DNA of 64,000 nt, taken from NCBI GenBank assembly GCA_951406725.2, contig OX597825.1, positions 69,564,001-69,628,000 of the forward strand, given 5' to 3'. This DNA comes from Octopus vulgaris. Lineage: Eukaryota. The notes beneath the pieces were generated by a model, which saw only the letters and a list, made by a program, of their open reading frames with translations, did no database searches and was not told where the DNA came from. Position numbers and translations under genes: made by a program. Shown here piece after piece: positions 1-14,706 of this stretch; position 1 is the first letter of the stretch; every line of letters begins with the position of its first letter.

Positions 1-623
1 TCAATATTTCGTGATAAGAAGCTCTTGAATTGGGAATATGTACACGCAATACAGAACCGAGAAGTCAGCACATAAAATCATATCTCCATAGATTTCTTGA
101 AGAAGATGTGCTAAACAGGAAATATAGAAACGCCCAGTAAAAGTGTAAACCGTCGACTAATATTTCTTTTAACTCGCATCATGTTGGCATTAATATTTAT
201 CAATATCATGCAAAGCATACTATATTAGATAAGTATATATATATTAGAGTATAGTTTTAAATGTGACTGTATGTATGTGTGCGTATGTATATACATATGT
301 GTGTGTATGTGTGTGTATTATTCTTTTTTTAAGTGTGCTCGTCATGGAAATGCGGACACACGCATTCACGCACACACATATATGCAAATACGAATACAAA
401 TGCATTTTTATATATACTTATACATATGCATGACTGTACGTTTAAGCTTACGTAAGGTGAGTTATTCGAGAGATGCGTTAAAACGTCGTGGCTTCTCTCA
501 ATAGTATCATTATAATAAATGTTTCGTTCCACATTTGCATTGAGCCTTTCATCCAACTAACAATCCTTGCCTTCATGTGCATAAAAACATTTATTCTCAC
601 CACTCACTTACGCTGCGTTTCCG

Positions 624-624
<1 letters not shown>

Positions 625-713
<89 letters not shown>

Positions 714-759
714 TAATATATATATACATACATATACATACATATATATATATATATAT

Positions 760-804
<45 letters not shown>

Positions 805-892
805 TATATGTATGCATGTATGTATATATATATATACATATATATATCTTTATATTTGCATATATGTATGTATGTATGTATATATATATATT

Positions 893-937
<45 letters not shown>

Positions 938-965
938 CACATATATACATACATGCATATATAAC
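625..965. repeat. Compound microsatellite (CT)n-(TA)n/(TATG)n
   Basis: Read directly; explains the YI/SL-rich ORFs at 488-1022. Confidence 0.95.
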
Positions 966-1975
966 ACATATATGCATAGCAAGTATATCTATCTGAAATG
1001 CAACATCAGTTCGCAGCAATAATCTGCTTGAGGATTAAACGGCTGTTAAATATATACAGCCCCTCAATCTATCTTTCGGAGAACCTGCCGATAAATACGA
1101 GATGCCCATTTCATTCCAGCTGAAGTAAAAATTTCACCTATTATTTAACACAGAGCAAGTATCTGAAAGTTGGCTTCTTTATGCCATATTATTAAATAAA
1201 ACTTCGTGCTAACTCCCTGCTGATTTAACAGACATTCATGCAAAGTCAAAGTAACCTATGTAATCGATAATTGCAATATATGATAATAGAAATCGACCAG
1301 TTCTTTACCATCGATGTCATTTTTGTTCTTCAGGGAAATCATATATATCCAGTTAATTCCTACCATTTGACCTGTACGGATTCGTTGTTGCTGTTATGTT
1401 TATGGTACGTCATATATACCATATCTTTATGGTAGTGGTGGTTGTGGTGTTGGTATATAGTGGCAGTAGAATTAATTTTACGGTGGTGGTATGTCGGCGG
1501 ACAGCATGCTTTTTTTTGTAATATTTAGTTCTGTCCCTTGAAGGAATTTGGTTTTACGGATTTAGTAAATCAAATTGGTGGAGTGGTTAACGTGTCAATT
1601 GTAATACATGATACGATAACTATTCCTGTTCATTGTATTCAGAGCTGAAATGTCGGTATGACCCATTGGGTGAGAGACTTAATCCGCCGCTTGATTTAAC
1701 ATCAAAAATTGAAACATCGGTTGTCTTGAGGGAAATCCAGTATATTGTTTGCATCCACTGTTTCTACCACAAATATCAAATCCACTGCAAAAGGTCATGG
1801 TGACAATCCATCCACGATTTGTATTATAATATATTGCTGTTATCGATTACATTGGTTATTGCGACTTTGCATGAATTGTGATTTCAATTCCTGGACCAGG
1901 CGGCAAATTTTGCTCTTGAGGAAAACCCCTTCATTTTGTGTTGCTCCAGTGCACTCAGTTGGCAAAAATGAGTAA

Positions 1976-2072
1976 TCCTGCGACAGATCGGCATCCGTCC
2001 AGTTGGATAATATATACGACAAGGAAACCGGGAAACTGGCCCTTATGAATCAGTATGAATCTAGAAGGTAAC
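1976..2072 (+). mobile_element. 3' fragment of SINE family B2
   Basis: cctgcgacagatcggcatccgtccag...aaggaaaccgggaaactggcccttatga matches the tail of the 25242-25550 copy. Confidence 0.7.
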
Positions 2073-2779
2073 CATTACTTTTGTTTCATGCTCCAAGGGT
2101 AGCAAAGGGCTTAAGTATGTAAATACACAATAATAATTCGGTACGTTTTATCATGGTCTTGAGGAGTAGAATTAATCGCTTTCTGGGTTTAATACCTCCA
2201 CCTGAACTTTGAATATTATTAGCAGTGTCCAGTCTAATGAAAATATTCTCGTTTTTCTTTCTCGTGTCGGGATAGATACACCAATATTCTCATAACCTGA
2301 TGTGCTGCATTTGACAGCTGCAGCACGTTTTGTAATTTCTTCCTTCTGGTATTTCCTTACCAGACCATGAAACTGAAAATGGTCATGAAAACTGCACTTC
2401 TTCATCTTGGTTAAATCTCAAAGATATATAGAAGATAATCTAATTACTTAAATCCTTTTATCAAATTCATCACCTTGCATCTCTGTCAGGAATCGTTATA
2501 GTTAACATTAATAAAAATGAAAGGAAGTGGATCGACAAGATACGTAGAAGCATTAATAATATGTCTTTGGTTCTTTTATGTGCTGTGCCCAAACCCAGCC
2601 GACGTCACCTTTACCTATCATCATTTCGTGTTCGAGGCAATAAATAAAAGTTAAGTAGAAGCGCCAGTTATAACGACTATGTTCCAACCGAAAACATAAG
2701 ATTTTGATGCACAGTTTTATTAGACCTGATCAGTGAATCATCGACTTCATTCTACTTAGCGATGTATTGATGTGGAAAA

Positions 2780-3170
2780 TAGAATAAACTTCTTCGCGCA
2801 ACCGGAAATCATCAATATCATCTTGTGTGTTCCTGCAAATGACATCAATGTTGTTGAGTGGCCTCCTTCCTCTTTTATGGTGTGGAAGTATTCGAAATAT
2901 CCCGTCTAATAAGGCACGGTGTTCACAGCGATAGCATTAGTCATTAAAGCCTATTCAGTGTTCTACAATAATAGTAGTGATGAGTAGAATATTTTCATAA
3001 ATCTCTGATTTGGTTTTATGTTGATTTCACTAGATGTTTTGAGCTTCTAGAGAAGCCTGCCTGCTGTAACTATTCTGAAGGCAATCTTGGAATTTCTTAG
3101 AAGTTCAGGAATGATATGTCAGCGTTTAGAATGTTGTAGCCAATGTTGGCGTGTTTCACTGTGCACAGAA
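2780..3170 (-). pseudogene. Highly degenerate RTE-type LINE AP-endonuclease N-terminal fragment
   Basis: Minus strand gives TLAT..TL (about 3150-3120) and NNIDVIC-(Q)EH (about 2856-2828) across frameshifts, resembling the RTE APE motifs TxNvrTL and IDIxCIQEH. Confidence 0.35.
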
Positions 3171-5961
3171 AACGGAATATTTGACCAAAGATGAAGGTGA
3201 AAGCCACCTGACAATTTGTTCCAACAATGACACGCCACACACGGAGGTCACTGACTCAGTGCCTTCTTTTTCTTGTTTTCCATGTTGCCATAATTAAGGT
3301 TTCCCTTAAAAGTGAGTTACTAGTCTGAAGTACGTATATCAAGCTGTAAAACAGCTCGCAACTAAATAATTCAAGTATCCACAAAGGTTGCCATCTTTGA
3401 GGCATATGTTGTGAGCCTTCTTCTAAATCGAGCCGAAAGTTCGGCCATGAAGAATAATCTAGAGGACAAATTCTTAAGAGAAAATTCTCATTTCAACAAT
3501 GTTTAATGAAGATTACACTGAACTGGCTTCGTTTTTTCCCTCAGCATGTCCTACGCATAAAACGTGCAGTGTCTTTATATTATAATCTACAGAGAACACT
3601 TGTGAATTAAACGCCTGTGTGGCTACTAGCGATAAATATTAGCTACCAGATAGTATCTATTTATAATTAGTGAATGGATTTAGATATTGAAATTTTTGAT
3701 ATTTTGGGTTATTAGTTTAATTGAGTGTTAAGCATACTGTTTAGAGTTAATGGTTTAAGAAATCATGATTCTTTACCTGCAGGTGATCTGATAAAATAAT
3801 CACCTAGCTTCCTTTTAGTGATTTAATATAACAAAATCTCAGTCTCGCTATTCTGAGGCAAAATTAAAGCGAGCTTAAATTTATTCTCATTTTATCATAC
3901 ACACAACGAAATATTGGTAAGATACTGTCTGCAATTTCACTAAATGAACTTCATAAGTTTTTAAGAAATAATCTAAAAAGTAAATAAATAATTAGATACC
4001 TAAACAATGATACACACCGGTGCTTGCTAAAAGAAATCAATACATTTCTGTTAAAAAGTAATCGATTATATTCTAAATAAATCTGATTAAAATGTAATGT
4101 TGAGAAGCTAATATCAGAATTATGTCCATTTTAAATCACAAGCGTGAAGCTCAGTAGAAAGTTTATTTATTTTATTGTTTCTTTCGTTTTTTTTAAAATT
4201 TTTTTTATTTTTTTTTATAAAATTTCACTCATTTATCTATTTCGATAAAGAAATGAAGATGGATGATTCGAGCTAAGTGACATCAATAACAACTTTTTTT
4301 ATAAGTCTGAAACCATATTAAGTTTTCAAGTGAATAAATGATAAATAACAATATTTAAGCATAGCTTTAAAGAATGAGAACTTTTTTTTATTACATATCA
4401 AGGCTGCTAGTAATTTTGTCAGTGGTGTTCTTTCAATCTCTGTTACTTAAGGGGTAAAAGTGTGAACACAAAGCTGTTGCTATACGTCATACAGTTATAA
4501 AAATGCGTTCGATCTAGTATTAACTCTACACAGCAGAGCTTTTGAGACATGGTGTTTTGCAGCAATAATCCGCTTCGTATTGGTTATCTCCGCAAAATGA
4601 CAGGCGGTGTTTACTAACTTACCTGTACGTTTTGAGTTCTAATATTGGCAAAGACAGATTTATATTTCATCTCTTTGGAGGGAACAAAAGAAAAACAAAA
4701 GAATAGTGTAAAGAAAATAAAAGAATTCAATCGTCTACTGTGGTCAATATAATCGACTTTACGGTTTTTCCTTCTTGTGATATGTTAAACACCTTCTTGT
4801 GACAATTTTTTGTGACAAGTTAGAAAACATTAGATTTTAATATATAATCGATAATCAAGGTTGTGAGCTGATAGATTTGTTGACACGCCGGACAAAATGC
4901 CTAGGAGCATATCCTCCGGCAGTACGTTCGGAGTTTAAACTCCGATAAAGTTGACTTTGCATTTCATTATTTCCGCCTATTGTAGAAGGAAATATAAACG
5001 GCATTTAATTTCCGATTTCAAATTAGCCTAATTATAGCTTTCTCATTTAAACTTCCGAATTTGTTAGTTCGGTCAGAGTAGAAAAAGAAAAAAAAAAAGA
5101 ATGAAAGAAAGAAGAAATGTGTTGGTGTGTGGCAGACTATATTCCTCGTCTCGAAATTTCTGACTGAAATAGACTGAATAAAGTGACACGTAGGTTTTAG
5201 TGACGCACTCAACAAGTTTTCGAGGCAATTAACCGCTTCCATTTATCACTTTTAGTAAATTTTCTTTGCGTGTTTTGTTAAGTTTCAGTAAGTTAGGGGT
5301 TCAATTTGCGCTGAATTACAAGTCTCCATTAGGGATCGATAACAAAGTGCCAATAACACATTCAGGGAGACATAATTCATCCTAAATCTTCTGGCAGATT
5401 TATGATATTCTGTCTTGTTACAAAACAATCTAATCAGATAACATTATTTTATGATTTTATTTTACATTCTAATTTACTTTGCCTTGAAGCAACCCCAAGG
5501 AAGAACAGTGAAATCAATCGAATCGGGTTTATAAAATCGAGTTTCAACCAAACGACACAGAGACCAATTTCAATGGAAAACGTAAACTACTCAATGTGTT
5601 CCAGGATTTTGGTAGTCCTTATTTTATCGACCCAAAACGAAAATAGATTTTGAACGAAAATGGACATCACGAAAAATCACGCAACAATTTGCTCGACAGT
5701 CTACACATTCTATTTATCTACTTATGCGTACGAATCGATTTAACAAGAAATACTATGAGTACCTTGTTCATCGAAAAATTCCTTTCGTCTAAATTTTGTA
5801 TTAACGTTATCAGCCCGCTCCACCTTCTTATACCTTTAACAACAAATTGCGATCAATTTTGCAGAAATATCCGGCAATGTAGACACATAAATACATGCAT
5901 ATATGTATGTATATATATAATGTATATATATATATATATATATATATGTTCTTTTATTCGA

Positions 5962-6085
5962 CCAGAGGACTTATACTTTTGTGACCTTAGTACTTATTCT
6001 ATCGATCAGTTTTGCTGAACCGCTAAGTTTCGTGGATGTAAACACACCAGCATCGGTTGTCAATCGATGCTGGGGGACAAACATA

Positions 6086-6166
<81 letters not shown>

Positions 6167-6328
6167 GACGGGCTTCATTCAGTTTCCGTTTAACAAAACT
6201 ACTCACAAGGCTTTGGTCGGCCCGAGGCCATAGTAGAAGACACCTGCCCATGGTTCTACGCAGTGAGACTGAACCCGGAACCATGTGGTTGGTAAGCAAC
6301 CTACATACCGCGCAACCAACTCCTGCGC

Positions 6329-6331
<3 letters not shown>
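5962..6331 (-). mobile_element. SINE family A (tRNA-like head, internal (TA)n), tail-truncated
   Basis: Homologous to 15818-16265 and 28622-29420; B-box-like GGTTCAGTC on the minus strand. Confidence 0.85.
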
Positions 6332-6373
<42 letters not shown>

Positions 6374-6508
6374 ACAGATAGATAGGGCTCACTTTGCTAT
6401 TGTTCTTTAACCCACAACACTACTGAAACTGATCAGTCATAACTATCGTCATCATCCTCACCATTATTACCATCAGAATCCCCCACCCCCTTCACCATGA
6501 TCATTATT

Positions 6509-7090
6509 ATACTCTTACTCTTTTGCTCTTTTACTTGTTTCAGTCATTTGACTGCGGCAATGCTGGAGCACCGCCTTTAGTCGAGCAAATCGACCCCGGT
6601 ACTTATTCTTTGTAAGCCTAGTACTTATTCTATCGGACACTTTTGCCGAACCGCTAATTGGAGGTGACGTAAACACACCAGCATCGGCTGTCAAGCAATG
6701 TTAGGGGGACAGACACACAAACATATACACACACAAACATATACACACACAAACATATACACACACAAACATATATATATATAGCCAGCGGGGTGGCATC
6801 ATTCGAAGGCTAAAACAATGCGAAGCGCATTGTGACCAGCGATGTGTAGCAACATATGATAGCCTGGTCGGTCACGTGATATATGTATATGTACATCACG
6901 TCACGTGATATACATATACATATATACGACGGGCTACTTTCAGTTTTCGTCTATCAAATCCACTTACAAGGCTTTGATTGGCCCAAGGCTATAGTAGAAG
7001 ACACTTGCCCAAGGTGCCACGCAGTGGGACTGATCCCGGAACCATATGGTTGGTAAGCAAGCTACTTACCACACAACCACTTCTGCACCT
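6509..7090 (-). mobile_element. SINE family A copy with a nested family B1 3' fragment in its internal (TA)n
   Basis: tactcttttacttgtttcagtcatttgactgcggc tail through to head; 6784-6910 matches 11710-11817. Confidence 0.85.
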
Positions 7091-7183
7091 CTTATGATCA
7101 TGATCATCATGATCATCATCGAAATCATTGTAACCTCGTAGTCGTCATTGGTTTCCTTTATTTGCTTAATATATTTAGTGATT

Positions 7184-7597
7184 CTCTCTCTTTTACTCTT
7201 TTACTTGTTTCAGTCATTTGACTGCGGCCATGCTGGAGCACCGCCTTTAGTCGAGCAAATCGAGCCCGGGACTTATTCTTTGTAAGCCCAGTACTTATTC
7301 TATCGGTCTCTTTTGCCGAACCGCTAAGTGACGGGGACGTAAACACACCAGCATCGGTTGTCAAGCAACGCTAGGGGGACAAACACAGACACACAAACAT
7401 ATACACACATACTTATATATATATATATATATATACACACAATGGGCTTCTTTCAGTTTCTGTCTACCAAATCCACTCACAAGGCATTGGTCGGCCCGGG
7501 GCTATAGCAGAAGACACTCGCCCAAGATGCCATGCAGTGGGACTGAGCCCGGAACCATGTGGTTGGCAAGCAAGCTTCTTACCACACAACCACTTCT
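7184..7597 (-). mobile_element. SINE family A copy
   Basis: Full homology to the other family A copies. Confidence 0.9.
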
Positions 7598-8076
7598 GAT
7601 CATGGTCATCTTGATCATCATCGAAATCATTGTAACCGTTCCCAACCTCGTAGTCGTCATAGGTTTCCTTTATTTGCTTAATATATTTAGTCATTGATTA
7701 CTAACATCCATCTTTTATTCTATTTTAGTCGTTTGGGGCGTGGCTTATTGGGTATGATATGGACGCCACATCGTGTGACTTAATAAAAACCACCATCATC
7801 ACCGTTTGTAGTTCTTTTTCCAGTTTTGTCGTATTTATTTCTTCAATTCCAATCGTGACTTTTACTTTTATATTCGAATATTACGCACATGACCAAGTTT
7901 ATTGATATCCAAACATATGAACGCTACAGTCGTGTTGATAATAGGAGGTGTAGCAATAAAGCGGTTTACAAACTAAAAGAAAAAAAAATATCGCTTGACG
8001 ATTAGTTAACAAACGCAAACATAGATACATCCACACATACAAGCTTACATAAAGCACATATACACACAGAAGCATT

Positions 8077-8363
8077 TGTGTGTGTGTGTGTGTCTACACA
8101 CACACGCACACACACACACACACACACGCACACATATATACATATATATACATATATATATACATATATATACATACGTATATATATATATAAAAATAAA
8201 TATATATATATATGTTATAAATATATGTGTGTGTGTATATATAATTAATATATATATATGTAATACATACATGCACACACATATATATATGTATATATAT
8301 GTATATATATATATATGTATGTATATATATATGTATGTATATATATATATATATATATATATG

Positions 8364-8455
<92 letters not shown>

Positions 8456-8480
8456 ATATATATATATAGAGAGAGATACA
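8077..8480. repeat. Compound (GT)n/(CA)n/(TA)n microsatellite
   Basis: Read directly. Confidence 0.95.
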
Positions 8481-8799
8481 GATGCATGCATTACAATCAA
8501 TATTTCATGTAATTTCGATTCGATCGAACGAGACACCAGACTTAAATCATGATCAAAATTTTCATCAAAGGCATTTTTTTCTTCATTTACTCATTCTAAG
8601 CTTCGTGACTTGTATTTAAAATCATCGAGTCAAGTGTCAACTATAAAGTGAGAATATAATTAACACAAGACAATAAAACAAAGACATGAATGAAAGCCAT
8701 TGTATCCACTTCTATTTAGTGATGGTTAATCCCTCAGAAAATTAGTATGTTTATTCTTTTATACATTTCTTTTGAGATTTTCCTTCTGTCACGCTATAA

Positions 8800-8940
8800 T
8801 ATTTGTATGTATGTATGTGTGTATGTATGTTTTGTGCCCCCAATATGATATATATGTATATATTATATATAAGAAACGTTTATATGTATATATGTTTATA
8901 TATATATGTGTGTATATATGTAATATTTCTCCATATACAT

Positions 8941-8973
<33 letters not shown>

Positions 8974-9001
8974 CACACACACATATATATATATGCATAT
9001 G

Positions 9002-9032
<31 letters not shown>

Positions 9033-9103
9033 GCATATATATACATGTATATATGCATAAGTATATATATATATATGTATATACATATCTATCTATCTAT
9101 CTA

Positions 9104-9180
<77 letters not shown>

Positions 9181-9260
9181 ATCTGTCTGCGTGTGATGTG
9201 CGTAGGATACAGAATATATATATGTGTGTGTGTGTGTATATATATGTATGTATGTACATA
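8800..9260. repeat. Degenerate (TA)n/(TCTA)n microsatellite field
   Basis: Read directly. Confidence 0.9.
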
Positions 9261-9627
9261 GAAACATTCCTTTATGTCGAAGGTGATAAAAATTCAACTA
9301 TTTTAATTTATTCTATTGTGATGTGACTTGTGTTTTTCTTATAACATTTTTTGAAGCAGCGTTGGTTTGGAACAAAGTGAAGAATTCCGGTTGTGAATTT
9401 GCAATGAAGTAATAAAAGACCAATAGAAATTAAATATAATGAATAAATATTTGGATTGTCTGATTTTTTCCATTGTGGAATGTGATTCATTGTAGAACGA
9501 AAAGAAAAAGAGAAGCAGATGAGACGAAATAATTCTGAAGATATTAGAATTGCTAACACATCTAGAATAAATATGTTGCATATTATCAGACTTAGTGGAT
9601 TTCTAGTCGTAATAAATGTAGGATGAA

Positions 9628-9646
9628 TACACACACGCACACACAG

Positions 9647-9737
<91 letters not shown>
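9628..9737. repeat. (CA)n microsatellite
   Basis: Read directly. Confidence 0.95.
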
Positions 9738-9739
<2 letters not shown>

Positions 9740-10025
9740 GCCATTGGACGGTTTTGCGTGGTCATGGTTATTAAGCGCAGAGCTGAATCAGGATTCTACT
9801 TTTGTTATTAATATGAAGTTCGCTTCTTTTATTCGTATTTGACTTCCATCTGCGTGGCTTTTAATATTCATAAACCACACACGCCCGAGTATTTGTCGAT
9901 TCAATTGCATAAGTGCTTCAAATAAATATATAATCTCTTCAACCACAGAAAACTATAAAAATTAACTCTTTCTATAATAGTGCGTTTTTACGTATCCCTC
10001 GGTCCCTCCACACACTCTCGCTCTT

Positions 10026-10071
<46 letters not shown>

Positions 10072-10169
10072 AATTTCACATCTCAGTGCTCCATAATTGT
10101 GGAATTTAATAGATTTTGTCTCTATTTCAAATCTTTTCCATTGGCAGTTACGTACGTGACTTTACGATC

Positions 10170-10294
<125 letters not shown>

Positions 10295-10603
10295 GTTTGT
10301 GTTTGCTATAGCTTTGAGAAATCCTTGTAAATAAATAACTTCATTTATGCAAATATTCTTTTTCGAATGCGTTCGCAACAATCTAAACGTGGATTAATTT
10401 GTTTTAAATCTGTTTTTAATGCTCGGGGATCGCTTCTTGAAAACTCAATTTATTTTACGATGGAATGCGTTTGAGATTTAAGTATAATTTATAGCAGAGT
10501 TAATTGCCTTGAGTCTGAGTGGATTTGTTAAATTCATTAGATATCACTTAAATTCTCAACCAACGTTTAAATGCGTTTATTGATTCTAATATATATATAT
10601 ATG

Positions 10604-10640
<37 letters not shown>

Positions 10641-10667
10641 TGTATATATATATATATATATATATAT

Positions 10668-10879
10668 TCAATATGTGACAGTATGTGTATCGTTGGCGAT
10701 TTTCTTTCTCCGTCTTCCCTTCCTTGAACCTTTCCTTTTCCTATGTTTCTGACGAAGAGCTCCGCTCGAAACGTTAACTCCTCCTTCTTTCTTTCCTTTT
10801 CTGAGCGTCCAATAACACTATACTTGTTCCACGTCCTCACGTTGTTGCGTTTTCTCTTTGTGTTTTCATGTTTGGATTA

Positions 10880-10884
<5 letters not shown>
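10668..10884 (+). mobile_element. Short non-coding PLE pLTR-like insert in (TA)n carrying a minimal hammerhead
   Basis: About 215 bp pyrimidine-rich insert bounded by (TA)n on both sides; contains the HHR at 10745-10778. Confidence 0.65.
10745..10778 (+). ncRNA. Minimal type I hammerhead ribozyme motif
   Basis: gttt CTGACGA a GAGC tcc GCTC GAAA cg TT aac: canonical core, 4-bp helix II, palindromic ACGT helix III, weak helix I. Confidence 0.7.
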
Positions 10885-10944
<60 letters not shown>

Positions 10945-10949
10945 ATATG

Positions 10950-11017
<68 letters not shown>

Positions 11018-11502
11018 AGTTGATATTGTAAATAGTATACTTTAAAAATCTCTTTCATGTCGAGTACGTACATTCAGGGCGGCAGGGCTGTTAGGGTGGC
11101 GATGTGAACCCTAGTGTTTCTTGATCCCTTCAACTTAACAGAATCTGAGCGAGAGATTGACGGAGGGAGAGAGTGAGAAAACGGGATAGAGAGAAAGTGA
11201 TGGAGTGGAAAGGAGAGACGGGGAAGTGAGGTAGGAATTAACCTTGTACCTGACTGCTACTTTAATATCGATCTCGTTGTCCAAAATATAAAATATCCCC
11301 CGACGAGATTTGAACTCGGCGCAAAAACACATTAAAACCGAACACCGCTTGGTTATCAACAGGATTACGTAACTGCTGTACTAATTCGTAGCAACTAATA
11401 TATGATTACACTTCTATGTTGCACCGTATAGCATTGATAGGTTGCCTGCAGTCGATCCCCACCTGTGTTACAGGTCTTATTCTCTTTTGTCTTATTCTCA
11501 AT

Positions 11503-11816
11503 GTGGAGGCGCAATGGCCTAATGGTTAGGGCAGCAGACTCGCGGTCGTAGGATCGCGGTTTCGATTCCCAGACCGGGCGTTGTGAGTGTTTATTGAGCG
11601 AAAATACCTAAAGCTCCACGAGGCTCCGGCAGGGGGTGGTGGCGATCCCTGCTGTACTCTTTCCCCACAACTTTCTCTCACTCTTTTTTTCTATTGGCCT
11701 GCTCGCTTAGCCAGCGGGGTTGGCGTCACTTGAAGGCTAAAACAATGCGAAACGCATTGTGACCAGCGATGTGTAACAACATCTGATGGCCTGGTCGGTC
11801 ACGGTGATCACGGTGA
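11503..11816 (+). mobile_element. tRNA-derived SINE family B1, full length with TSD
   Basis: A-box TGGCCTAATGG, B-box GTTTCGATTCC, (CACGGTGAT)n tail, 11-bp TSD TTATTCTCAAT (11492-11502 and 11817-11827). Confidence 0.9.
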
Positions 11817-12376
11817 TTATTCTCAATAAGAAGAAACCCCTCATTACTACAACTTTACACATGGAGATAGTTCATAAATTCTCCCTCTAACGTAGCGCAT
11901 ACGCCACTCTCTTTCTATCAATCTGTGTTCCATTCCTTCTGCACACATATATATGTGGTTACAAAAATTCATTTTGCAACTTTGTAATTTCGTCTTTCAT
12001 CTCTCTGAATGAGAACTTTGGAAAGTATCGTCTGCAACAGCTTCCATTCGACTATAGACCCACAGGTGAAATTCGATTGTCGGAAATCTCGTTGAAGAAT
12101 AGATTCTGTTTTGTCTGATGGCAATTTATCATTCTGTTAAACACACCCGCCGCTTCAATACTTTTGCGGAGTCCATATCGTCGTAAGTGTTTAAATCAGA
12201 TCTTTGTAGTTCGATCTACTAGAAACAGCGGCTTGAAACAAGGACTGAACCCAAGAAACAAGGATCGAAACCAAATCATGCTATTGCAAAGTGACATTTT
12301 CGGTCACATAGCCATGTCTGATTTAATATTCCCTAAATATAGCTTCCGGTCATATATCCCACCACAACTCCCTGTC

Positions 12377-12582
12377 CATTCTTCAGGGCACAGTCGAAGG
12401 AGGCTGAAAGAGGGGCAGGCAGAGAGAATCCTGGTTTGGTAATATCAAGGACTACATACGTCACGATACAGCGAACCTGAAAGGCATGGCATAGCAGACA
12501 CCAGTGACAACGGCTAACAATGAAAGCATTTAGAGGGGCGCTCCAACGACTGGCTGTATCAATTAAGGGATCTATATGATGA
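12377..12582 (+). mobile_element. 3' end fragment of an RTE-clade LINE
   Basis: Translates ILQGTVEGG*KRGRQRESWFGNIKDY, like the RTE C-terminal GxRxRGRxRxxW motif. Confidence 0.65.
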
Positions 12583-13257
12583 AGTATAGCTTACTTTCTA
12601 CATTGGTTAAATAATAACAATATACCATGTTCTTGGTGCTGTAGTAAATTAGTTATAATAATTGTTTAACAAAGAAGCGATGGATTAAGGGAATTTTCTA
12701 AAATTCCAAACTTATAGGGGTGGAGATTAAAATAATTTGCGGTATTCAGATCCAGACCCTTCACATTTTGTGTTCAAATCTCGCTCAAGTGGAGTTTGTC
12801 TTTCACACTTTTGCAGAAGATGAACTAATGTACTAGTAAAATAATGTATTAGTGCGAATGGCCCCCTTCAACATTTTCTATCAAACTTGTTTTCCAATCC
12901 AATACATTTACACGGTATTATTCATAGCTTTTTTTTCTTTCGAGATCCACTGTTCCTAAACAGAATTATTTCAAGTTCTCTCGAAGATTCTAAATTCTTA
13001 TGACATCAACAAATCAAGAAGTAGAAGCGATATAATCAATACCCCAACCAGACAAACAAAAAATTAACGGGAAATGTACGAGGTCTTGTGTTTATGTTGT
13101 CAATATTTGTTGAGGGTATTCCACCGAAGACGACTTTGTCATTCATCCTTTAGGGGTTCAGAAAATAAGTACCAGTGGAGCACTGAGTTCGATTTTAATC
13201 GCCGAACCGAAATTGCAGGCCTTGTGCCAAAATTTGAAATCACTATTTCTTGAGAGG

Positions 13258-13480
13258 GAAGGCAGTGAGCTGAGAGAATCTTTAGAACGACAGGTAAAAT
13301 AATTAGCGGTATTTCAACCTTCCTTACGTTCTACGTTCAAATTCTGTGGAGGTCGGCTTTGGCTTTCATCCTTTCGGTGTTGATAAAAAAAGTACATGCT
13401 GAACAACGGGGTAGATGTAATCGACTTAACACGTATCCCCGAAATTACTGGCCTTGTGTCAAAATTTGAAACCAGTATTT
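13258..13480 (+). mobile_element. Old SINE family C copy
   Basis: aaggcagtgagctga...gttcaaattc...ctttcatcctttcgg...ggccttgtg homology; further degenerate copies near 4855, 12720 and 13125. Confidence 0.7.
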
Positions 13481-14323
13481 GTGGAGAGAATAACTGATGC
13501 TACAAAAAGCCTAATTCTGTACAACCACATTTTGCGATATAAGTCTTTTAGTTCTTGGAATGGTGAATCTCGAAGCAGATAAGGTTATAAATAATAACGT
13601 GTATATATGAGTTAAAATAGACAACGGAGAGAAAAAATCGAAGCCTACCCGTGGGACACGAACGCAGATCTGTCTACATGACTGGCGTTATAAGAAACAA
13701 AGCCTTCAACTTTTTTATATAAAGATTTTTTGAACCGAAGTTTATAGCATTAGCTACTTCAAAAATCACCGTTCAAGAACAAAAATGAAACTTATTTCTC
13801 GTTCTCGAAGCCTCTAAATCCATATACTATAAATTAGAGTTAACAGGCACAAAATGAAAGAAAGTTCAACGAAATACGAAAAATATTCAGTTGCATTATT
13901 GGATATCTACATATTAATTGCAAGATTTTATTTGAGTTTGGTCGGTCATGTAAAATTCATGGAAATATACATACGTCAAAACACAGCAGGTACGAAAGCA
14001 GCTTTTGTACCTGATGATATGATGAATCGCCCTAAGATCTTAGTACACGATCACAGAGTACGTTATGCTAACATTAGATTGATTAAACAGTGTGAGATCT
14101 AGAGAATCAACGTTTCTGTATTTATTTTAAATAATTCCAGAAGCTATATTGGCTGTTTCGCTCTGTAATTTCTATCGAAAACGCGTTTATGATGATGGTA
14201 CATTCCATAATATTGGATTTCTAGAACAAACGCATTAAACTTACGCCTTAGGATTGTAGTGTACTAAAATCCCCATGCTTGCTAATAATTATTTCTTGAT
14301 AAAATACTATTACACACAGGAGC

Positions 14324-14390
<67 letters not shown>

Positions 14391-14522
14391 TTACTTGGAA
14401 AAGGATGCGTGTTCAACGTTTTTTGATGTTTCTTGATACTCATATATGCTTGTATATATTATATATATACATATGGAGGTATGTACATATATGCATATCT
14501 TTATATGTTATATTATATTATA

Positions 14523-14580
<58 letters not shown>

Positions 14581-14646
14581 TGCGTGTGTGTTTGTGTGCG
14601 TATATATATATTTATTTATATAAATATATATATATATATATATAAA

Positions 14647-14706
<60 letters not shown>

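Noticed and set aside
11503-11580. tRNA gene (also 25242, 61937 and the family A heads)
   Set aside because: A/B boxes are present, but each continues into a SINE body and tail (with a TSD at 11503); no clean cloverleaf plus terminator.
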